Source: Candidatus Marinacidobacterium sp.
GTDB lineage: Bacteria; Acidobacteriota; Vicinamibacteria; Marinacidobacterales; Marinacidobacteraceae
Assembly (NCBI GenBank): GCA_965204755.1
Contig: OZ242011.1
Location: forward strand, 2,592,001 to 2,656,000
Direction of reading: 5' to 3'
DNA length: 64,000 bases
Below, piece after piece: positions 51,448 to 60,433 of the stretch. Positions within the stretch are counted from its first letter, which is position 1; each line of letters begins with the position of its first letter. Below the pieces are notes generated by a model. That model ran no database searches. It had not been told where the DNA came from and was given only the letters and a program-made list of their open reading frames with translations. Both the position numbers and the translations under genes were made by a program.

Positions 51448-52794
51448 ATGGTGATCGCCCGTAGCCGGGGACGGTTCGCGGCCGCACTGCTGTTCGCCCT
51501 GGCCGCGCACCTCGCCGCCGCGGTTCCCGCCGCCGCGCAGCGCGGGGTGCTGCGCGGCACGCTCACCGACCCGGACGGGAACCCGGTCCCCGGCGTCCAG
51601 GTCTCCATCGTCCTCGCCGACGGCGGCGGCCGCCCGCTCACCGTGGAGACCAACGACAGCGGCCAGTTCACCCGCGCCGCCCTCCGGGTGGGGATGTACC
51701 GGGTCACCATGGAGCGGGACGGCTGGGAGCCGCTCCAGGCGATCGTGAACATCTCGAGCGGCAGCCAGGCGTTCATCGAGGAGACCTTCCGCCCCCTCCC
51801 GGAGGGCGTGCTGAGCGTGAGCGAAGCCCAGCAGGCCGAGATCCACCTGCAGGAAGCGCAGACCGCGTTCGAGTCCGACAACTGGGAAGGCGCCGTCGCG
51901 GGCTTCCAGGCCTTCATCCAGTTCCAGCCGAATTCCGCCGGCGCCTACTTCAACCTGGGCGCTTCCTACGAGCGGCTGGAGGACTACACCTCGGCGATCC
52001 TGGCCTACGAGCAGGCGGTGGACCTCGACCCCGCGCTGAACCACGCGCTGCTCGCGGTGGCCGGCCTGCAGGGCCGGCAGCAGATGTGGAACGAGGCGCT
52101 GGCGACCTTCGACCGCGCGATGGAACTGGTCGAGTCGAGCGCGATGATGCTCTACAACTACGCCACCTACGCCGCGAACGCCGAACGCGCCGACCTGGCG
52201 GTCGAGTTCTACGAGAAGGCCGCGAACGCCGACCCGCAACTCGCCGTCGCCAACTTCCAGGCGGGGGTCATGAAGTACCAGACCGGCGACGCCGCCGGCG
52301 CCGTCGACTTCCTCTCCCGGTACCTGGACCTCGAACTGACCGGCCCGCAGGCCGACGCCGCGCTGCAGGTGCTCGCCGCCGCCGATCCGGACGCGGCGGT
52401 CGCCTACTACCGGCAGCGGCTGGAAGCCAACCCCGGCGACGGCGCCTCGCGGTTCCGGATGGGGTGGGTCCAGCACCAGTCCGGCGACCTCGCCGGAGCG
52501 GGCGAGACGCTCCTCGCTTACCTGGCGGAGGCCCCGGAGGGCGAGCACGCGGAGGAGGCGCTCAGAACGCTCGAGGAGGACATCCCCGCCTCCGCCGTCC
52601 TCTACTGGCGGGGGCAGGCCGAGGCCGACTCGGAGAACGCGGAGGCCTTCTTCCGCCTCGGCGCGGCCCTCTACGGGGCGGAGGACTTCGCCGCCGCCGT
52701 CGAGGCCTTCGAACGCCACCTCGAACTCGCCCCGGACGGCGAAAACGCCGAGAGCGCCCGCGAGCGCCTGGCCGAAGCCCAAAGCCGCCTCTGA
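51448..52794 (+). CDS. Exported TPR protein with carboxypeptidase-regulatory-like N-terminal domain (paralog 1)
   Basis: Signal peptide, GTLTDPDGNPVPGV...GQF beta-sandwich motif, repeated TPR helices; AAGGA SD. Confidence 0.85.
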   Translation: MVIARSRGRFAAALLFALAAHLAAAVPAAAQRGVLRGTLTDPDGNPVPGVQVSIVLADGGGRPLTVETNDSGQFTRAALRVGMYRVTMERDGWEPLQAIVNISSGSQAFIEETFRPLPEGVLSVSEAQQAEIHLQEAQTAFESDNWEGAVAGFQAFIQFQPNSAGAYFNLGASYERLEDYTSAILAYEQAVDLDPALNHALLAVAGLQGRQQMWNEALATFDRAMELVESSAMMLYNYATYAANAERADLAVEFYEKAANADPQLAVANFQAGVMKYQTGDAAGAVDFLSRYLDLELTGPQADAALQVLAAADPDAAVAYYRQRLEANPGDGASRFRMGWVQHQSGDLAGAGETLLAYLAEAPEGEHAEEALRTLEEDIPASAVLYWRGQAEADSENAEAFFRLGAALYGAEDFAAAVEAFERHLELAPDGENAESARERLAEAQSRL

Positions 52795-52815
52795 CCCCCG
52801 GCGCGGGCGCCAAGC

Positions 52816-53348
52816 CCCGCGCCGCCCCCGACCCGCGCCGGGTCGATAGCCTGCGGAGAAAGTCGGGCCGAGACCGCCCGTCGGACGCACCGGGACGCCC
52901 GTCTCCGCCCCCCGGCGCCGCGGTCGCGAGTCCCGCGCCGCCCCCGACCTGCGCCGGGTCGACGGCCTGCGGAGGAAGTCGGGCCGAGAGCGCCCGTCGG
53001 GTACGCCGGGGCGTCCGTCTCCGCCCCCCGGCGCCGCGGTCGCGAGTCCCGCGCCGCCCCCGACCTGCGCCGGGTCGACGGCCTGCGGAGGAAATCGGGC
53101 CGAGAGCGCCCGTCGGGTACGTCCGGGCGCCCGTCTCCGCCTCCCGGCGCCGCGGACGCGAATCCCGCGCCGCCCCCGACCTGCGCCGGGTCAGCGGCCC
53201 GCGTAGGAAGTCGGGCCGAGAGCGCCCGTCGGGTACGCCGGGGCGCCCGTCTCCGCCCCCCGGCGCCGCGGGCGCGAGTCCCGCGCGTCCCTCGACCCGC
53301 GCCGGGTCAGCGGCCCGCGGGAGAAGTCGGGCCGGGAGCGCCCGTCGG
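52816..53348. repeat. 116-bp intergenic tandem repeat, about 4.6 copies
   Basis: Units start at 52816, 52932, 53048, 53164 and 53280 (CCCGCGCCGCCCCCGACC...GAAGTCGGGCCGAGAGCGCCCGTCGG...). Confidence 0.92.
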
Positions 53349-53364
53349 CGCGAAGCGCCGGGGG

Positions 53365-53527
53365 GAGGGGCGGCGGGGAGGGGGTTTCCCCCTCCCCGCG
53401 AAAAACAGCGGGGTGAATCGCGAAGCGATTCGCTCCGCCCGCCCGCGGGGAGAGCGCCCCGTCGGGAACCCGAGCGGGGACTTCACGGCCCCCCGGTCGA
53501 GAAGGAGGGGGCGCTCTCCCCGCGGGC
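53365..53527. repeat. Hairpin cluster and REP/MITE-like element with terminal inverted repeats
   Basis: GGGGAGGGGG-TTT-CCCCCTCCCC; GCGGGGTGAATCGC-GAA-GCGATTCGCTCCGC; GCCCGCGGGGAGAGCGCCCC...GGGGCGCTCTCCCCGCGGGC. Confidence 0.7.
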
Positions 53528-53733
53528 GGCTAAACTGTCCGGCTCGGCTGTGTCGCCGCGGAACCGGATCGACTCCGGCGGCGTTACAGCGAGAGCGCCG
53601 ACGAGGCCGGGGAAAAAGCCCCCCAGACCGCCTCCGAGGCAGCCGAAAGACCCGCGAGCGCGTCGGTAAGCGCCGCGCTCCCCTCGGCGCGCCCCGCCGC
53701 GCCGCCGGGAAGGCCTCCCGGAAGGAACCCGCC

Positions 53734-55080
53734 ATGGTGACCCGCTGTCGTCCGTTTCGACTCGCCGCCGCGCTCCTGCTCGCGGCGGCCGCCCATCTCG
53801 CCGCCGCCGCCCCCGCCCTCGCGCAGCGCGGGGGGCTTCGCGGCGCCCTCACCGACCCGGACGGGCAGCCGATCCCCGGTGTCCGCGTCTCCATCGCCCT
53901 CGCCGACGGCGGCAACCGCCCGGTCACCGTGGAGACGAACGACGAGGGCCGGTTCACCCGCGCCGGCCTCCAGGTCGGGATGTACCGGGTGTCCATGGAA
54001 CTCGAGGGCTGGGAGCCCCTGCAGGCGATCGTGAACATCTCGACCGGCAGCCAGTCGTTCATCGAGGAGACCCTCTACCCGCTCCCCGAGGGCGTGCTGA
54101 GCCCGAAACAGGCCCGGGAGGCCGATGTCCACCTCCAGGCGGCCCAGCAGGCGTTCGAGTCCGGCGACCTCGAGGCCGCCGCCGCCGGATTCCTCGCCTT
54201 CACCGAGTTGGCGCCGAACTCCGCCGGCGCCTTCTTCAACCTCGGCGCCACCTACGAGCGGCTGGAGCAGTACGCGAAGGCCATCGAGGCCTACGAGCGG
54301 GCCTTCGCCCTCGACTCCTCGATGAACCAGGGGCTGCTCGCGGCCGCCGACCTCCACGGCCGGCTGGAACAGTGGAGCGAGGGCCTAGCCGCCTACGACC
54401 GGGCGATGTCCCTCGTCGAGTCGAGCGCGGTGTACCTCTACAACTACGCCACCTTCGCCGTGAACGCCGGGCGCCCCGACCTCGCCCTCGAGTTCTACGA
54501 GAAGGCCGCGACCGCCGACCCGCAACTCGCTGTCGCCCACTTCCAGGTGGGCGTGGCGAGGTACCAGGCCGCCGACCCCGCCGGCGCCGCCGAGGCCCTC
54601 TCCCGCTACCTGGACCTCGAGCCTGCCGGCGCCCAGGTCCCCGCCGCGCTCGAAGTGCTGGCCCTGTCCAGCGCGGAGGCCGCGGTTCCCTACTACCGCA
54701 AGCGTCTCGAAGCGAATCCGGGCGACGGCGCGACGCTCTTCAAGTTGGGCTCCCTCCAGCACGAGTCCGGCGACCTCGACGGCGCCGGCGCGACGCTCGT
54801 CGAATACCTGGCGGCCGACCCGCAGGGCGAACACTCCGAGGAAGCCCTCCAACTGCTCGAGGACGACATCCCCGCCTACGCCGCGCGCCACTTCCAGCAA
54901 CAGGCCGAAGCCGACCCGCAGAACGCCGACGCCTTCTACAAGATCGGCGCGCTCCTCTACCGGACCGACGACTTCGCCGGCGCCATCGCCGCCCTCGACC
55001 GCTACCTCGAACTCGTCCCGGACGGCGAAACCGCGGACGGCGCCCGCCAACTCCTCGCCGAAGCCCAGAACCGCAAGTGA
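53734..55080 (+). CDS. Exported TPR protein with carboxypeptidase-regulatory-like domain (paralog 2)
   Basis: Same length (1347 nt) and colinear with 51448-52794. Confidence 0.85.
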   Translation: MVTRCRPFRLAAALLLAAAAHLAAAAPALAQRGGLRGALTDPDGQPIPGVRVSIALADGGNRPVTVETNDEGRFTRAGLQVGMYRVSMELEGWEPLQAIVNISTGSQSFIEETLYPLPEGVLSPKQAREADVHLQAAQQAFESGDLEAAAAGFLAFTELAPNSAGAFFNLGATYERLEQYAKAIEAYERAFALDSSMNQGLLAAADLHGRLEQWSEGLAAYDRAMSLVESSAVYLYNYATFAVNAGRPDLALEFYEKAATADPQLAVAHFQVGVARYQAADPAGAAEALSRYLDLEPAGAQVPAALEVLALSSAEAAVPYYRKRLEANPGDGATLFKLGSLQHESGDLDGAGATLVEYLAADPQGEHSEEALQLLEDDIPAYAARHFQQQAEADPQNADAFYKIGALLYRTDDFAGAIAALDRYLELVPDGETADGARQLLAEAQNRK

Positions 55081-55136
55081 CGGCGGGCGCCGGCGACGGG
55101 AGTCGCCGGTCCGCTTCTGCGAGCGACGCAGGTCGG

Positions 55137-56114
55137 ATGACTGCCGCGCCCGGCGTCGCTCCGATGCGCAGAGTCCTCGATCTGGTTGACGCCGCGGAAA
55201 GGGAGTTGACCGAAGGTGGAACGGATCGGGCCCACCGTCTTCTGAAAGAATCGCTCTTCGGGGCTCTGCTTCGCGACGGCCTTCAGGATCATCGCGAAAC
55301 GGAGCCTTGGGCGGTGCACTACACGTCTCTCGATGCGACGCTCGCCATTCTGGACACAGGAGGCTTCCGGATGTACAACATCGAGACCTCGAACGATCCG
55401 CTTGAGGGGCAGGTCTTGGGGATTGAGGGTTTCCTTCACAGAGTCTCTCGGCAATATTCGTGGTTGCCGGCCATTCCGCACCGACGGGGTCTTGACGCCT
55501 ATGTGCTCAGCGCCATCGCCTTGGGCCCAAAGTCGTTCTACGAATCTATCGACGACGACCTCGTTTGGTGGCGTCTCTACGGCCACGACGGTCGAGGGTG
55601 CGCAATCAGGTTCAATACCCAGGTCGATAGGTTTCCCATGTATCAGGTTCGATACTTGGCGAGATCGAATCGCGGCGGAAACTCCACGGGAAACACTACA
55701 CCGGGAGTCCTTCGCGTAGAAGAGGCACTCAAGATTCTCGATGGGCGCCTCAAAGGGGCGCTCGGCGAGTTGAAAGAACTGCCCAATCATTCGGCGTGCG
55801 CCATTTCGGACTTCTTGATGAACTACGCTTACTTGGTGAAGGATCGCCACTATCGGGCGGAACACGAGGTTCGCGCCATCTCCATTTCTCCCGTTCCCGA
55901 CAGCGTGGAATTCGAGGTGGATAACGGTGGGCCGAGGCGCCGCTTCGTGAACGGCCCTCGCCTTCGTGAATGCCTTCGATCCGGATCCTCGATCACCATA
56001 GGACCTTCTGTACGGCAGCCGAGAATGGTACGCGCATACATCGAGAGGTGTCTCGCCGAGAACGGATGCGGACATACGAGGGTTCATATTTCCGAGGCCC
56101 GATACCGACAGTAA
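55137..56114 (+). CDS. DUF2971-like protein
   Basis: HYTSL, NDPLEG, DDLVWWRLYG..G.G, K...Y..E.EVR, ITIGP motifs; lower GC; start is 55137 or 55164. Confidence 0.72.
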   Translation: MTAAPGVAPMRRVLDLVDAAERELTEGGTDRAHRLLKESLFGALLRDGLQDHRETEPWAVHYTSLDATLAILDTGGFRMYNIETSNDPLEGQVLGIEGFLHRVSRQYSWLPAIPHRRGLDAYVLSAIALGPKSFYESIDDDLVWWRLYGHDGRGCAIRFNTQVDRFPMYQVRYLARSNRGGNSTGNTTPGVLRVEEALKILDGRLKGALGELKELPNHSACAISDFLMNYAYLVKDRHYRAEHEVRAISISPVPDSVEFEVDNGGPRRRFVNGPRLRECLRSGSSITIGPSVRQPRMVRAYIERCLAENGCGHTRVHISEARYRQ

Positions 56115-56186
56115 AGGATCTCGGGACTTGTGCCGTGTCCGCGAGCGCGGACTGAGTCCCGTGGTTCCTGCGATATCTCGGCGGGG

Positions 56187-57571
56187 CTACTCCGTCAAGT
56201 AGGGCAGGGGGAGCGCAGAGTCGCCGAGAGCGGCGCGGGCGCGGAAAGAACAGTGGGGGCGGCATTCGTTCTCGGAGAGGGAGATGCGACCGGTCACGAA
56301 TTGGTAGTCCTGCTCCGCGACTCGCGGCCACCAATCGTCCGCGATCAGATAGCGCAGCATGGCGTTCACTTCCAGGCCGGCGACGCTCAGGCTGAAGGGA
56401 AACACATTCTCGTTGTGAGGACGCCTCTCCGGAGGCAGATTTGCGATGTAGGCCGGATCGTCCAGTGAACCGTTCAACTCCGTAACTACCATCCCGGAGT
56501 CGTACTGACCGGCGCACCGCAGGCACCGATGGTGGGGCGTAACGAGATGCGCCTTCCAGTGCGCGGAGCGCAGGTTGGAGGTCTTGGGGTCCACTTCCAC
56601 CGCTACGCCGCCGTCGACGACCGGGATGAGATGGGCGATCGCGAGGTGGTTGAGGACATCACGCGCTACCGGTCGGTCCACGCAACTGAACAGGAAGTCG
56701 CAATCGAGGGCCTCGAGGTACGCCGTCTCGTCCTGAACCGGCAGCGCGTGAACCGTGATTCGAACCGCGCGTGCCGTCGCGTGCCGCCGGGCGGCGCGAC
56801 GTGCGACGGCCACCTTGGGCCGGCCGAGATCGCTCTCGGTCGTGTTCAGCAGGCGGTCGAGGTTGTGCTCTTCGACCCGGTCAGGATCGATGAACACGAG
56901 GTCGGAGACCCCCACCCTGGCAAGCGACTCGGCGACGACGGAACCGACGCTGCCAAGCCCGACGACTCCCACCCGAAGCCGGGCGATGTCGCGCTGGTTC
57001 CGCTCTCCCCAAGAATCGAAAGTTCGGCGCAAGATGTTTCGCCGGGGGGCGGGGCGGGCGGATCGGTCGTTGAAGAACACGCGGTACCGATCCCGGCCGA
57101 CAACGCGAACCGAGCGGCACCACTCCCGGCGAAACGACCGGGTTCGACGGGTCCAAAAACGTGCGCTCCACACGCCGTCGCTGCCGACGGTCAGGCCGAC
57201 AAGCGGGAAGCCGGTTGCGCGGGCGGCGTTGGAGATAACATCGCGTTCGGCGACGACATCGGGTGGGCTCAGGTCCTGCCAACCGGGCGACGGATGGCTG
57301 TGCAGGAAGGCGAGCCCGGCGTTATGTCGCTGCGCGACACGAACCGCTCGCCCCAGGTAACCGGGCAGGAAACTGACATTTCGTGCAGCCGCACTTCATC
57401 TTGCTCGGGCAGGATGACGCCGGCGACGATCGCGGTCGTTCGGCGCGCGCCGGTGGAGCGGCGCCAGAAGCCGAAACAGAGGTTTTCCTGTTCTTCGCCC
57501 CTACGAAAATGACGAAGCAGGTGCTCGCGGGCGTCGCGTTCCGCCGCTTCGAGGAAGACCGTATCGCGCAT
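56187..57571 (-). pseudogene. JAB metalloprotease-E1 (ThiF) fusion with a 1-nt frameshift at about 57381-57383 (true lesion or assembly error)
   Basis: 5' frame reads MRDTVFLE...EVRLH; restoring one G (CAC G[G]A AAT) continues NVSFLPGY...FLHSHPSPGWQDLSPPD (JAB HxH-x7-S-x2-D) into VVGLGSVG, DPD.VEEHNLDR, CVD, CLRC (ThiF/E1). Confidence 0.82.
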
Positions 57572-57972
57572 CAGACATGAGCCCAGAAGCGATGGACATG
57601 TTCGAGATAAGCGCGCATGGTTTTGGTAGGCAGGCCGTCCCAGAAGGCGCCCGGCGGGCGGCTGAAGGCGCTCCATCCCCGACGCGTTCCGTCCGGGATC
57701 GTCAACTCGTACTGTGAGTGTACGGCGCCGTCTCTCGGGGATTCGATTCGGGGGGAGGTGTGGAGGAAGTGGGGTGGATACTCGGGAAAACCCTCCCGGA
57801 CATTGCCCATCGAGATCCCGAGTTGGAACCGTTGACCCCGGAAGCGGCCCCGGGTTACGGCGTACTCAAAGACGACGACTTCGGGGTAGTGGGCGCCATG
57901 GGCTTCAATTCGAGCGTCCTCGTAGCCGAGTTCCCGGAGTTGCGCCTGGATGTTCCGGGAGGCCTCGCCCAT
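57571..57972 (-). CDS. Prokaryotic E2-like (UBC-fold) protein lacking cysteine
   Basis: FPEYPPHFLH and WSAFSRP motifs; lies between the Ubl and JAB-E1 genes; TGATG overlap with the downstream gene. Confidence 0.65.
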   Translation of the reverse strand: MGEASRNIQAQLRELGYEDARIEAHGAHYPEVVVFEYAVTRGRFRGQRFQLGISMGNVREGFPEYPPHFLHTSPRIESPRDGAVHSQYELTIPDGTRRGWSAFSRPPGAFWDGLPTKTMRAYLEHVHRFWAHV

Positions 57973-57982
57973 CGGAGGCGCC

Positions 57983-58312
57983 TTACGCCACTGGCGTCGG
58001 CCCGCCAGGCATAGCGAGGAGGTCTTCTCCGGGGGTCACTGTGATCTCTTGGCCGCGGTTCAGCGTTTCGCCCGAGCGAGTCTGCAGGATGTAGTCGGTC
58101 GGATCCCCGGCGATCGCGTGCAGATCCTTGGCCTTGCGCAGGAGTTCGGAAACGGATGCACGCGTCCCGTTCTCCACGGGAATATCTACGGCGTTGACCC
58201 TGACGGTCACGGGCGCGCCCTCGATCGAACGAGGGGAACTCGCTCCCGAGTCGTCACCGCCTCCGGGGACTTCGCCGACGGCGTGGCGGTCGGCACCATC
58301 GTGATCGTTCAT
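57983..58312 (-). CDS. Ubiquitin-like (beta-grasp) protein with disordered N-terminus, ending GGPTPVA
   Basis: VTVRVN...SVSELLRKA...DYIL...ITVTPGE pattern; GAGGAG SD and TAGAAT -10 (58349-58344) upstream; first gene of the operon. Confidence 0.65.
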   Translation of the reverse strand: MNDHDGADRHAVGEVPGGGDDSGASSPRSIEGAPVTVRVNAVDIPVENGTRASVSELLRKAKDLHAIAGDPTDYILQTRSGETLNRGQEITVTPGEDLLAMPGGPTPVA

Positions 58313-58635
58313 GGTCACTCCTCGGAATCCAGCCTCGGGGCACATTCTAGCGAGAACCGCGGCGCGCCCCCTCCCGGAACGACGGCGGACTCCTCCAGTC
58401 GCCCCGCCCGTTCGCCGCTGCGGGTCGGGGCGGGAGAGGCCCCACCGGTCGGGGCCGGCCCGGCAGCCCGACGAGAGAGTCCACTCGACGCGGGAGACGG
58501 AGGAACTCCGGCTTGTGGCGTCGCCGCTGTAGGGTAGGGTTTCCCGTCCCGGGTGGGCGCTTTCGGGGAAGGGATTCCGACCCGGCCGGGGGAGAGACGA
58601 GTGGGGGACCGACCGAATCCGAGGTGATGAGGAAC

Positions 58636-60312
58636 ATGACGAACCGACAGCGCGCCACGCTCGCTTTCGCCGCCGGACTCCTGGCCGGGGGCGCTCTCCC
58701 GCCGGCGGCCTTCGCGGCCGAACCCGAAGAGAACACCGCCGAACTGGCGGTGCCGCTCCACCCGCATCTGGGCGAAGTCCACTACCCGGCGAGCGGGCTG
58801 TCCGAACTCGGGCAGCAGTACTTCGACCAGGGGTTGCGGCTGGCGTACGCCTTCTGGATGGGCGAGGCGCGGCGCTCCTTCGACGAGGCGGCGCGGCTCG
58901 ACCCGGACGCCGCGATGGCGCACTGGGGCCGGGCGCTGGCCTACGGGCCCTACCTGAACCAGGGCTCGCCGCCGGAGGAGCAACTCGAGACCGCCTACGA
59001 GGCGATCACGCGGGCGCGGGAACTCGCCTCCTCCGCCACGGAGAAGGAGCGGGCGATGATCGAGGCGCTCGCCGCCCGCTACGCCGAGGACCCCGCGGCG
59101 GAGCGCGAGCCGCTGGATCAGGCGTACCACGAGAAGGCGCGGGCGCTCTCCGAGGCCTACCCGGACGACCTCGAACTGCGCGTGCTCGCCGCCGCCAGTT
59201 ACATGAACACCACCCGCTGGAATTACTGGGACGACGCCGGGAAGCCGCTGACGCCGGGGACCGACTGGCTCGTGGAACAACTCGAGACCGCGCTCGAACA
59301 GGCCCCCGATCATCCGGGCGCCATCCACTACTACATCCACGGCGTGGAAGCCTCGGACGACCCGTTCCGGGCCGTCCCCTACGCGCGCGAGTTGCCGCGC
59401 ACCATGCCCGGCGCCGCGCACCTGGTGCACATGGGTTCGCACATCCTGATCCAGACCGGGAACTACGACGAAGCCGCCGACTTCAACCTGGACGCGGCGG
59501 CGGTGGACGAGTTGTACATGGGAATGCCCGACCAGGAGGGCCGGTACCCGGTGCGCTCCTACCAGCACAATGTCCACTTCGCCTGGTCGGCGGCGCAGTT
59601 CGAGGGACGGAGCGCCGTCGCGCTGCAGCAGGCCTACAAACTGCGCGACAAGGTGCGCGTCCAGACCCCGCCGAACCAGATTGAGAAGTCCTCGTATTCG
59701 CAGTTGTTCCTCTCGATCCCGCTGTTCGCGCAGGCGCGGTTCGGGAGGTGGGAAGACCTCCTGAACGAGCCGCAGCCGCGCGCCGAATACCTGTTCGAGA
59801 CCGCGGTCTGGCACTATGCGCGCGGGCTCGCGCGTTCGGCGACCGGGGACCGCGCCGCCGCCGAGGAACACCGGGCGCGGGTTGCGGAGATCGCCGCCGA
59901 CGAAAACCTGCCGAGCATGGGCCGGGTCTCGGCGAAGGACATGCTGCGGCTCGCCGCAACGGCGCTGGAAGCGGACCTCGCCGCCCGCTACGAATCCCCC
60001 GCCGCCGCGATCCCGATGCTGGAAGAGGCGATCCACATCCAGGACAACCTGGCGTACACCGAGCCGCCGCCCTGGTACATCCCGATGCGGCAGGTCCTCG
60101 GCGCGGTCCAACTCGACGCCGGGCAGGCCGACCACGCCGAAGTCTCCTTCCGCGAAGACCTGAAGAAGTGGCCGGAGAACGGCTGGTCGCTCTTCGGCCT
60201 GCTCCAGTCCCTGCGCGCCCAGGGAAAGACCGACGACGCCGAACGCGTGCAGCGCCGGTTCCTCAAGGCCTGGAGCCGCGCCGACATCGTCCTGACTTCC
60301 GCGCGTTTCTGA
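58636..60312 (+). CDS. Exported TPR-like alpha-helical protein
   Basis: Signal peptide, QQYFDQGL..YAF, HPGAIHYYIH, AHLVHMGSH, YTEPPPW, PENGWSL; start is 58627 or 58636. Confidence 0.8.
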   Translation: MTNRQRATLAFAAGLLAGGALPPAAFAAEPEENTAELAVPLHPHLGEVHYPASGLSELGQQYFDQGLRLAYAFWMGEARRSFDEAARLDPDAAMAHWGRALAYGPYLNQGSPPEEQLETAYEAITRARELASSATEKERAMIEALAARYAEDPAAEREPLDQAYHEKARALSEAYPDDLELRVLAAASYMNTTRWNYWDDAGKPLTPGTDWLVEQLETALEQAPDHPGAIHYYIHGVEASDDPFRAVPYARELPRTMPGAAHLVHMGSHILIQTGNYDEAADFNLDAAAVDELYMGMPDQEGRYPVRSYQHNVHFAWSAAQFEGRSAVALQQAYKLRDKVRVQTPPNQIEKSSYSQLFLSIPLFAQARFGRWEDLLNEPQPRAEYLFETAVWHYARGLARSATGDRAAAEEHRARVAEIAADENLPSMGRVSAKDMLRLAATALEADLAARYESPAAAIPMLEEAIHIQDNLAYTEPPPWYIPMRQVLGAVQLDAGQADHAEVSFREDLKKWPENGWSLFGLLQSLRAQGKTDDAERVQRRFLKAWSRADIVLTSARF

Positions 60313-60396
60313 TTCCCGGCTACTGATTCGCCGGGGCCGCCCCGGCCCGCGCCCCCGGGTTCGCGGCGGCCCCTCGCGGTCGGGCGCGCCGCCTCC

Positions 60397-60430
60397 CGCC
60401 TTCCCCCGGTATCCGCCCGGGGGGAAGGCG
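60397..60430. terminator. GC-rich hairpin between convergent genes
   Basis: CGCCTTCCCCCGG...CCGGGGGGAAGGCG; no U-tract. Confidence 0.45.
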
Positions 60431-60433
60431 CTC

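Noticed and set aside
52816-53348. Possible CRISPR array
   Set aside because: The whole 116-bp unit repeats with no unique spacers, and there are no cas genes.
53405-53440. c-di-AMP (ydaO) riboswitch suggested by GGGGTGAATC
   Set aside because: The motif is one arm of a simple hairpin, and the other ydaO consensus elements are absent.
56187-57571. MoeB/ThiF cofactor-biosynthesis gene or CBASS cap2/cap3
   Set aside because: No moaD/thiS-type biosynthetic context and no CD-NTase nearby; the JAB fusion with Ubl and E2-like neighbours fits a conjugation operon better.
58351-58360. AGAACCGC shared with the 3' end of TPR paralog 2 as a target-site duplication of the Ubl islet
   Set aside because: An 8-bp match is expected by chance over this distance.
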